From a virus (taxonomy: Duplodnaviria > Caudoviricetes), in IMG/VR virus record IMGVR_UViG_3300005573_000194, positions 1 to 35,863 of that record: a DNA stretch of 35,863 nucleotides, one strand, 5' to 3'. Within the stretch, counting starts at the first letter, position 1. Each line of letters begins with the position of its first letter. Below the pieces are notes generated by a model. It searched no databases, was not told the origin of the DNA, and saw nothing but the letters and a program-made list of their open reading frames with translations. The position numbers and the translations under genes are program-made. Positions 26,660 to 33,970 of the stretch are shown in pieces.

Positions 26660-26848
26660 CTAACTTTTAATTAAATCAACTAAATAAGAAAAATAATATT
26701 CAACTTCATCATATCCATGTGGGTGACCAAATTCCCAAGCAATTTCAAAAGCTTTATCAAGTTTAGGATTTCCTTCCACTTTATATTTTTTTGCTAAAAA
26801 ATTTTTAAACTTTTTTTCTTCGTTATATTCTTTTTCCCAGTCTCTCAT
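26660..26848 (-). CDS. Hypothetical protein
   Basis: 62-aa ORF with AAGGA upstream. Confidence 0.65.
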   Translation of the reverse strand: MRDWEKEYNEEKKFKNFLAKKYKVEGNPKLDKAFEIAWEFGHPHGYDEVEYYFSYLVDLIKS

Positions 26849-26876
26849 ATTGTCCTTTTAAAGTAATTATTAATTT

Positions 26877-27056
26877 TTAATCCTCGTATTCAGGCTCGTA
26901 ATTATTTTTATCTTCTTCGTAATAATCACAAGTTGGTGAAACACATTCCCAAAACCAAGCCTCACCCTCTTGACCTTGCTGAATATTTCTTTGAAACTCT
27001 AACTCCATATCAGAATGGCATTTGGGACAGACTTTTGGTAAATGTTGAGTTGACAT
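26877..27056 (-). CDS. Small zinc-ribbon protein (not in ORF track)
   Basis: 59 aa: VCPKCHSDM...FWECVSPTCDY with an acidic tail. Confidence 0.65.
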   Translation of the reverse strand: MSTQHLPKVCPKCHSDMELEFQRNIQQGQEGEAWFWECVSPTCDYYEEDKNNYEPEYED

Positions 27057-27057
27057 A

Positions 27058-27249
27058 TTATTTTAAATTAATTGCTAATTTTAAAAAGTCTTTATCTTCA
27101 ATTAAAATTACATTCGTTAACTTTTTTAAAATCATCTCTTTTATTTTTAATCTTTTCTCTATTTTTTCTTCTCTTGACAACTTCACGATTAAAATTAGTA
27201 AGTCTTCAAAAATTTGGTCGCTTTTATTTAAAATTTCTTCAATTTCCAT
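27058..27249 (-). CDS. Hypothetical protein
   Basis: 63-aa leaderless ORF behind a consensus promoter. Confidence 0.6.
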   Translation of the reverse strand: MEIEEILNKSDQIFEDLLILIVKLSREEKIEKRLKIKEMILKKLTNVILIEDKDFLKLAINLK

Positions 27250-27257
27250 ATGATTTC

Positions 27258-27286
27258 ATTATATCATACCTTTCACAATTTGTCAA
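27258..27286 (-). promoter_or_regulatory. Consensus sigma70 early promoter
   Basis: TTGACA-17-TATAAT with TG extension; ATG 8 nt downstream. Confidence 0.85.
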
Positions 27287-27678
27287 GAGATATTTAGTTT
27301 TTCTTTCAACTTGTAATACTCCTCTGGTTTCTTTTCTTTTAAATTTTCCAAATACGCCCATAATCCTCCTGACACCTCTACCTTTTTTTCTACCTTCTTT
27401 CTTTCTTCTCGTTTTTTAACATCTGGTAAAATATCTCTCCCATAAAAAATCATCGGAATATTGGGATTTTTATAGTATCTCTCTAATTTTTTAGCCCCGT
27501 CCATATAGGTTTTATAGGTATAGGTAACCGTGCCTTCTTTGGTATTGACAACGATAGTAAGATTTCTTTCTTTTGCTATCTTTAACCACTTATCCCAAAT
27601 AGCATAAAAAGAGCCATAAATTGCCTTGTTTAAATGAAAGATTATGGATTTGTTAGTTATTATCGGCTGGTATTTCAT
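27283..27678 (-). CDS. Hypothetical protein
   Basis: 131-aa ORF downstream of the helicase. Confidence 0.7.
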   Translation of the reverse strand: MKYQPIITNKSIIFHLNKAIYGSFYAIWDKWLKIAKERNLTIVVNTKEGTVTYTYKTYMDGAKKLERYYKNPNIPMIFYGRDILPDVKKREERKKVEKKVEVSGGLWAYLENLKEKKPEEYYKLKEKLNIS

Positions 27679-28843
27679 TTTCTACATCGTTAAAAACAAA
27701 TAACTTTTTATTAAAAGCAACTTTAAAAATATGAGTGTCTGAATTATTAAAGGTTTGTCCTTGTCTGTTTTTTAGTAAATCAATTCTTACCATCGTTATA
27801 TCTTTATTTAAGTTTAATTCCTCATCCTGTTTGTGTTTCCATAAAGAAATAATTACATCAGCATCTTGTTCCAAAGCTCCGCTTTCTTTTAAATCTGCCA
27901 TTGTTGGTTGCTTTCCTTCTGCTTTTCTTGAAAACTGGGAAGCACAAATTAAAGGAATACTAAACCGAGAGGCTATTCTTTTTAAATCGGATGACACCTC
28001 CGTTACTCTCTCATATAAATCTTTGATATATTTTTTTGCTGGTTTAAGTAGTTGAATATAGTCAATTAAAATCAAATCAAAATCTCTTGCTTTACTTTCA
28101 ATTTCTTTTTCAATTACTGGCGTTGATGAAGCAACCAAAATGTTAAATGTTTGAGGGATGGTTTCTGGTTGATAAGTCTGTAAAATTCTTTTTACAATCA
28201 TCTCTTCACTCATCTCGGCTGAGACAAATAAAACTTTTTTCCCTTTTTCGGCATTTTTTAAACCAATAAATTGTAAAAAAGCAGATTTACCAACTGATGG
28301 CCGGCCAGCAACGATAACATACTGCCCTTTATCGATTCCCCCTGTAAATTTATCAAGTAAAGCAAGATGATAAATTAAATCTTTTTCTTTTTTCTCTTTT
28401 AAAATCTCATAGGCTAAATTTTTTAAATCTTCTCCCGTAAACCATCTTGATTTTCCTTTTACCTGAAGAGTTCTGATTTTCTCTTCTAAAATTGCTAAAT
28501 CCAACTCATTGACATAACTTTTTTCTATCTGTGATTTTATCGATAACTCTTTTAATAAAGAAAGTCTTTGGTCAAAAATTTCTTTCGTTGGGATAATAGA
28601 AAACCCATAATTTTCATTTGATAAAGCATAAAGCATTACTTCTTTTACTTCTTTGGTTAAAGACAAAACCGCCCCATAATCTACTTCTTTTTTTTCTTCT
28701 GTAAGTTTTTTTATTGCTTTAAAAGTGTTTTGGTAAAAGTCAAAATCTTTTTCTTCTAAATCAATTAAATCAGCAGCCCATTTGGGATTAACTATAACTG
28801 AATAAAGTATTTGAGCCTCTAAAAGTTGTTTGTCTCCTTCCAT
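27653..28843 (-). CDS. dnaB: DnaB-like replicative helicase
   Basis: AGRPSVGKS, FVSAEMS, IDYIQL, SQFSR, DLKESGALEQDAD, KNRQG; ATG at 28843 preferred. Confidence 0.93.
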   Translation of the reverse strand: MEGDKQLLEAQILYSVIVNPKWAADLIDLEEKDFDFYQNTFKAIKKLTEEKKEVDYGAVLSLTKEVKEVMLYALSNENYGFSIIPTKEIFDQRLSLLKELSIKSQIEKSYVNELDLAILEEKIRTLQVKGKSRWFTGEDLKNLAYEILKEKKEKDLIYHLALLDKFTGGIDKGQYVIVAGRPSVGKSAFLQFIGLKNAEKGKKVLFVSAEMSEEMIVKRILQTYQPETIPQTFNILVASSTPVIEKEIESKARDFDLILIDYIQLLKPAKKYIKDLYERVTEVSSDLKRIASRFSIPLICASQFSRKAEGKQPTMADLKESGALEQDADVIISLWKHKQDEELNLNKDITMVRIDLLKNRQGQTFNNSDTHIFKVAFNKKLFVFNDVENEIPADNN

Positions 28844-28844
28844 A

Positions 28845-29582
28845 TTAGTTATTGTAAGGTGATGCATTTGATATCACCTCATTGATAAACTTATAAAAAA
28901 TGCCTATTCTAAAACCAAGTTTTGCTGGGAATTGGTCTTTTTCCAAATAAAGAAAGCGTCTGATATATTTCTTTAAGTCTTCGGGAGAGTATACTTTTAA
29001 TAAGTTTGCCATCATAATAAAATCTTCTTTACGAGTAAGGTATTTATTGCCAAAGCGTTTTTGAAATATCTCGGTAAAGTAAGAAACCAACTCTGCCTGT
29101 AAGGTAGGAGATTTCTCTTTTTTTTCTTTAGGGAGTATATATATATTTTCTTTTGTAATATTGTCTTTAATATATTTCTTTTGTGGTCGCTTTTTTGTTA
29201 ATAAAATGTCGCTTTTTTGTAAATGGTCATTAACAATACTGCTAATGGGTCGCTTTTTTGTTAAAGGTTGCCAAGTAGTAAATATCTTGTTAAAACTATG
29301 AGAATAACTATTACCCGTCGCTTTTTTGCTAATGACTTTCTTTTTAACCAATTTATTTATTGCCCGACAAATAGATGGTTTAGCAAGTCCTGTTGCTTTA
29401 AAAAACTGTGATAAAGAAATAACATCTTCTTTTTTTTGATAGCCGTAAGTCTTTCGCAGTATTGTTAATAATACCATCCACTCTTCACCCGAAAGTCTAT
29501 AACTACAAAGTTTATCAACTATTTCATTTGCTATACGAAGATAGCCGTTTTCAAGTTGTGGAGTTTTCTTCTGTTCTTCCAT
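28845..29582 (-). CDS. Replication initiator, lambda O-like
   Basis: LENGYLRIANEI, ILRKTYGYQKKED.ISLSQF N-terminal domain; internal iterons. Confidence 0.88.
   Translation of the reverse strand: MEEQKKTPQLENGYLRIANEIVDKLCSYRLSGEEWMVLLTILRKTYGYQKKEDVISLSQFFKATGLAKPSICRAINKLVKKKVISKKATGNSYSHSFNKIFTTWQPLTKKRPISSIVNDHLQKSDILLTKKRPQKKYIKDNITKENIYILPKEKKEKSPTLQAELVSYFTEIFQKRFGNKYLTRKEDFIMMANLLKVYSPEDLKKYIRRFLYLEKDQFPAKLGFRIGIFYKFINEVISNASPYNN
29186..29328. repeat. Iterons of the replication origin (4 x GTCGCTTTTTTG)
   Basis: Copies at 29186, 29208, 29249 and 29317 inside the initiator gene, next to an AT-rich tract at ~29110-29183. Confidence 0.8.
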
Positions 29583-29784
29583 ATTCGGTTGATTTTAAAT
29601 AATAATAAAGGTCTAAAACCAATTGTTCGTATATTTTAATAATCTCATCTAATCTTCCCTCATTTATTGCTCGTTGAAGCGGTAGTTTGTTGTTTATCTG
29701 ATTAAAAGTTAATGAAGTGTCTGATATTTTATTAAGAATAGATTTTAGGATTTTTGCTTTTGCTTCTTTTTGAAGTTCTCCCAT
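29551..29784 (-). CDS. Hypothetical protein
   Basis: 77-aa ORF, first gene of the replication operon. Confidence 0.6.
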   Translation of the reverse strand: MGELQKEAKAKILKSILNKISDTSLTFNQINNKLPLQRAINEGRLDEIIKIYEQLVLDLYYYLKSTEYGRTEENSTT

Positions 29785-29999
29785 ATTTATTTTTCAATTG
29801 TTAATTAAATCACCCTACCAAAAACCAATCTATTTGTTAATCTCCTTTTTCCTCAACCCCTGCCAAAGACAAAGGTTGAAAAAGAAAGTTATTACTACTC
29901 GTCGTCCCTTATACGAGCGGTAGTGATTTTTTTATCATACCAAACTTTCTCATTTTTTCAACCTCTTTTTCTGCTTTTAGCTTTGCCCCCCAGTAATAG

Positions 30000-30320
30000 C
30001 TAAATTCGGTATTCCGCACCGCCCCAAAAAATAAAATTTCTGCCCGTGTTTCTTTGAATCTTCGTGTTTTTTACGCTGATTTTCCCGTTTTCTTTTCTCA
30101 CCTTTGCGGCTGTGGCCAAGTAGTCTGGAGAAAAATCGTCTATCTCTTCCCCCGAGCAAAGAGACACGGTTGCCTCGACTCCCTCTTCGTCAGCTTCCTC
30201 GACCAGTTTTTTTGCATACCTGACCGCTTCCTTTTTTGAAAGAAAGTTCTCCCAGTCGCAAGAACAGGCTATGTGCGCCCCGCAAAGTTGGGGATTAGTT
30301 TGGACTTGAAAAAATCTCAT
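30000..30320 (-). CDS. Hypothetical protein
   Basis: Strong SD AAGGAGGTGA, TTGACA promoter at 30388-93, visibly more GC-rich than flanks. Confidence 0.7.
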   Translation of the reverse strand: MRFFQVQTNPQLCGAHIACSCDWENFLSKKEAVRYAKKLVEEADEEGVEATVSLCSGEEIDDFSPDYLATAAKVRKENGKISVKNTKIQRNTGRNFIFWGGAEYRI

Positions 30321-30504
30321 GTTTTTTCACCTCCTTAAATTTTTTTAATTTGTAATTAATTTTCATTAAAACATAACTTTCTTATTTTGTCAAGAGGTAT
30401 TTTATTTATAGTATTACAATAAGCCAAAATTAAACTTTCTTGAAAACTAAACATTTTTTTGATAAGATAATAAAATCTGGTTTTCTTTTATTAAAATCTT
30501 GCTC

Positions 30505-30538
30505 AAAGGCGGGACTAATAATCCTGCCTTTTTTTTGG
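30505..30538 (+). terminator. Intrinsic terminator
   Basis: AAAGGCGGGA-loop-TCCTGCCTTT followed by a T run. Confidence 0.7.
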
Positions 30539-30548
30539 TTAAAACTTC

Positions 30549-30577
30549 TTGACAACTACGATATACTTTGTTATAGT
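30549..30577 (+). promoter_or_regulatory. Class-2 leaderless promoter
   Basis: TTGACA-17-TATAGT with TG extension; ATG at 30585; spacer shared with the 2913 promoter. Confidence 0.78.
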
Positions 30578-30584
30578 TTTTTAT

Positions 30585-31796
30585 ATGGATAAACTTCTTT
30601 GGGAAATAGATAAACTTCACGAATGGGATAAAAATCCAAGAACAATATCAAAAGAAAATTTTGAACGTTTAAAAAATCAAATAAAAGAATTAGGCGAATA
30701 TAAACCTCTTATTATTACAAAAGATGGAACTGTATTAGGTGGAAATATGAGGTTAAAAGCATATCGAGAGTTGGAATATAAAAAAGTATGGGTTTCAATA
30801 GTAGAGGCTAACACAGAAGAGGAAAAAATAAAATATGCTTTATCGGATAATGACCAGTTGGGAGAATATCAAAAAGATGATTTAGCCAACTTGGTTGGTA
30901 GTTTTCCTGATTTAGATTTATCTAACTTCACAATTCAGCTTGATAAACCAAAACCATTAGGAGAGTTGATCGATGAGTTTAAGGAGGTGGTGGGGGATGA
31001 AGTGCCTGAAGTTGAGGAAAGTGAGCCAAAAAGTAAACATGGAGAAATTTATCAATTAGGTAGACATAGACTTATGTGTGGGGATGCTACAAAAATGGAG
31101 GATGTGGAGAAGTTGATGGATGGAAAGAAGGTTGATATAACATTTCATTCACCGCCTTATAATGTTGGACATAATTTGGGTTATAAAAAGGATTCTAAAT
31201 ATATAAACGATACTGACAATAAAGCGGACTATCTTGATTTATTAACAAAGTCTCTGGAGAATAGTTTGGATAATTCACGATATACTTTTATCAACCTTCA
31301 ATTTCTTGAAAACAATAAAAGAGACTTGGCAACATTTCTATATCTTAATTTAGATTACTTCGTAGATATTGCATATTGGAAGAAATCGCAGGTTGCACCT
31401 GCGATGGCAAAAAATGTAATGAACTCTCAAGTTGAAATTATATTGATATTTAGCAAAGAAAACAATAATCGTGCAATAAGAACTGCTACTTTCAAGCGAG
31501 GATCATTAAGTAAATTTATAGAAACCAATAGTGCGTCTGGGGAGAATAAAGAATCAAAGATACATAATGCAACTTTTCCAATAAAATTTGTTAGTCATTT
31601 TATAAAAAATTTTAGTAAGGATAGTGTATTAGATTTGTTTGGTGGTACGGGTTCTACTCTTATAGCCTGCGAACAAACTAATCGTATATGCTATATGATG
31701 GAAATAGATCCACACTATTGCGATGTTATACGAAAGCGTTATGCTAATTTTATCGGAAAAAAAGATCAATGGGAGACAATAACACCAAAAATATAG
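30585..31796 (+). CDS. ParB-like domain fused to N4/N6 DNA methyltransferase (beta class)
   Basis: NPRTI, VLGGNMRLKA, ALSDN; HRLMCGD, SPPYN, HNATFP, VLDLFGGTGSTLIA. Confidence 0.92.
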   Translation: MDKLLWEIDKLHEWDKNPRTISKENFERLKNQIKELGEYKPLIITKDGTVLGGNMRLKAYRELEYKKVWVSIVEANTEEEKIKYALSDNDQLGEYQKDDLANLVGSFPDLDLSNFTIQLDKPKPLGELIDEFKEVVGDEVPEVEESEPKSKHGEIYQLGRHRLMCGDATKMEDVEKLMDGKKVDITFHSPPYNVGHNLGYKKDSKYINDTDNKADYLDLLTKSLENSLDNSRYTFINLQFLENNKRDLATFLYLNLDYFVDIAYWKKSQVAPAMAKNVMNSQVEIILIFSKENNNRAIRTATFKRGSLSKFIETNSASGENKESKIHNATFPIKFVSHFIKNFSKDSVLDLFGGTGSTLIACEQTNRICYMMEIDPHYCDVIRKRYANFIGKKDQWETITPKI

Positions 31797-32155
31797 AAAA
31801 ACATCCAGGGGGAAGACCAACCAAGTTAAACGAGGAAGTGGTTAAAAAACTGGAAAGTATTTTTAAGGTTGGAGGAACAGTAGAGGAGGCTTGTGCTTAC
31901 GCTGGAATTACAAAACCAACTTATTATGCTTGGCTAAAAGAAGATGAGAGTTTTTTTACGAAAATGGAGGCGGCTCAACATTATGCTGATATTGTCGCCA
32001 AAAACTTGGTAGTGAAGGCAATCACGGAGGATAAAGATTTAGAAAGTGCCAAATGGTGGCTTGATAGAAGAGTTTTTAAAAATCAACCCATCATTCAAGC
32101 AAACACCCAAATAAATGTTTTTGGACAACTAAAACAAAAATATGGCAACCTTTAA
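31769..32155 (+). CDS. terS: Terminase small subunit
   Basis: GGRPTK, ACAYAGI..PTYYAW HTH, AKWWLDRR; directly before TerL. Confidence 0.8.
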   Translation: MGDNNTKNIEKHPGGRPTKLNEEVVKKLESIFKVGGTVEEACAYAGITKPTYYAWLKEDESFFTKMEAAQHYADIVAKNLVVKAITEDKDLESAKWWLDRRVFKNQPIIQANTQINVFGQLKQKYGNL

Positions 32156-32984
32156 AGAAAAAGCAAAAATATATGTCAACTTCATAAAAGACAACTTTAT
32201 GCTTGTCGCCAAAGACGGACAGATAAAAAGATTTTATGATGACCAAAACCATTGGAGGATACAGGAAGACTTCATATTAAACAAAGCAACAGGACGGGAC
32301 GTAATCTTAAAATCAAGACAGTTAGGTTTTTCTTCTATTATCCTTGCTATCTTTACAACTGATTTTTTACTAAAAGACAACTCATACTCTATGGTTATTG
32401 CTGATAAATCAGATAATGCCGAAGATTTATTGTCAAGAGTAAAATTTTACATAAAGTCATTTGAAGAAATTAATAAGGTAAAATTAGATTTAAAATACAA
32501 TTCAAAATATGAACTTTACAATGAACAATTAAATTCTACTTATAAGATAGGAACAGCCGAGAATAAAGAGGTAGGTAGGTCAAAATCTTTAACTGGATTA
32601 CACGCCAGTGAGTTTGCCTACTATCCCGACCCAGAGGCAATATTGCGATCCGCTTTACAGGCAGTAGTGCCAGAGGGAAAGATTTTCATTGAAACAACGA
32701 GTAATGGCTTCAATTTCTTCAAAACTTTCTGGGAGGAGTGTAAAAGAAAAGAAAGGCCTTTCAATCCTTTATTTTATAAAGCAAGTGATTTTTATTCCCA
32801 GGATTTATTAAACCAAAAAAAACTTGAATTAAAAGAATTTTTTTCTCAAGAGTATCCCGAGACTGATATTGAAGCGTTTATCAGTAGCGGAGCTTTGTAT
32901 TTTGATAAGCAGGCATTAAAATGGTATCTTGACAACATAAAAGAACCAATTAAGAATGATTTAATCTATGTTCAGACAGTATAG
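32142..32984 (+). CDS. terL: Terminase large subunit, ATPase half
   Basis: LKSRQLGFS (Walker A), GRS, LHASEFA (Walker B), ETTSNG, QEYP. Confidence 0.88.
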   Translation: MATFKEKAKIYVNFIKDNFMLVAKDGQIKRFYDDQNHWRIQEDFILNKATGRDVILKSRQLGFSSIILAIFTTDFLLKDNSYSMVIADKSDNAEDLLSRVKFYIKSFEEINKVKLDLKYNSKYELYNEQLNSTYKIGTAENKEVGRSKSLTGLHASEFAYYPDPEAILRSALQAVVPEGKIFIETTSNGFNFFKTFWEECKRKERPFNPLFYKASDFYSQDLLNQKKLELKEFFSQEYPETDIEAFISSGALYFDKQALKWYLDNIKEPIKNDLIYVQTV

Positions 32985-33615
32985 ACCAATAGAACGAGGT
33001 GAGTTTATTGTCATTGGTGTTGATACCGCATCAGGTGGCGGTGATTATACTGCCGCACAATTTCTTTCAAAAACCAAATTAGATGTACCTTTGGTTTATC
33101 ACTCGCCTATAACAACTACCGAATTTACCAACCTTTTAGTTCCAGTTTTGGAAAAAATATATGATAAGACAATGATTAAACCAGTTGTCGCATACGAAAG
33201 AAACAACGGTGGAGCATTTGAGATGGACAGGCTGGCGGCAATGAATAGATTAAATAAATATGACTTGTTCAAGATGCCCACCTTCGGAAGAGAAAATCCA
33301 CCAGAGGCTGTTCAATATGGCTGGACTACATCCTCATCAACAAGACCAAAAATGCTTCAGGACTTAAAGCAGGCTATAGATAATAAAGTTATAAGAATAT
33401 ATGACAAGGAGACAATAAATGAGTTATATTCTTTTGTCGTTGTTCAAACCTCATCAAGTTGGAAAGCACAGGCTGATAAAGGAGCAAAAGATGATCTTGT
33501 GTTAAGTCTTGGAATTTCTTGGCAACTTAACAATAATCTTGAGGAAAGGACTTTACAACAGCAATATATTCCCCAATATGCGGGATTTGTTAAAAAAAAT
33601 TGGTCTTTAGCATGA
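32968..33615 (+). CDS. terL: Terminase large subunit, nuclease half
   Basis: IGVDTASG..DY, YERNNGG, GWTT, DDLVLS. Confidence 0.88.
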   Translation: MFRQYRPIERGEFIVIGVDTASGGGDYTAAQFLSKTKLDVPLVYHSPITTTEFTNLLVPVLEKIYDKTMIKPVVAYERNNGGAFEMDRLAAMNRLNKYDLFKMPTFGRENPPEAVQYGWTTSSSTRPKMLQDLKQAIDNKVIRIYDKETINELYSFVVVQTSSSWKAQADKGAKDDLVLSLGISWQLNNNLEERTLQQQYIPQYAGFVKKNWSLA

Positions 33616-33962
33616 AAAAATCATATCAAACACCGCCTCTATCAAAAATGCTTTTCGGTTGGAGCAAGTGGGGCGGCGGGAATTATGGTATTTTTCGTGA
33701 GATAACAGAGGAGTGGAATTGTCAGCTCTGCGGTGAAAAACAAATAATCGGGATGCCCCAGTATTTTTTTCCTTTTGATAATTACAGACGGGATTTTTTA
33801 AGGGTGTGTTCTGTTTGCTGGCATGATCTTAAAATAGCAGAGATTAAAACGTTAAAGGAGTTGGGGAAAAAAATAGGACTTGAGAAGTTTAAACAGGAAG
33901 TGCGGGTTAAAGTTTTTAAAATTGATTTAGAATTGAAAACCCCTTATTCAAATAAGTTATAA
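33612..33962 (+). CDS. Zinc-finger hypothetical protein
   Basis: CQLC...CSVC; start at 33612 or 33600. Confidence 0.6.
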   Translation: MKKSYQTPPLSKMLFGWSKWGGGNYGIFREITEEWNCQLCGEKQIIGMPQYFFPFDNYRRDFLRVCSVCWHDLKIAEIKTLKELGKKIGLEKFKQEVRVKVFKIDLELKTPYSNKL

Positions 33963-33963
33963 T
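33933..33963 (+). promoter_or_regulatory. Class-1 promoter (leaderless) for portal
   Basis: TTGAAAACCCC, 19-bp spacer, TATAAT 33958-63; ATG at 33971. Confidence 0.8.
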
Positions 33964-33970
33964 TGAAGAT

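Noticed and set aside
26933-27419. Plus-strand ORFs of 106 and 115 aa
   Set aside because: Antisense to the coherent minus-strand early genes
30549-30584. N-terminal extension of the methyltransferase from TTG
   Set aside because: The TTG is the -35 box of the promoter; ATG 30585 is the likely start
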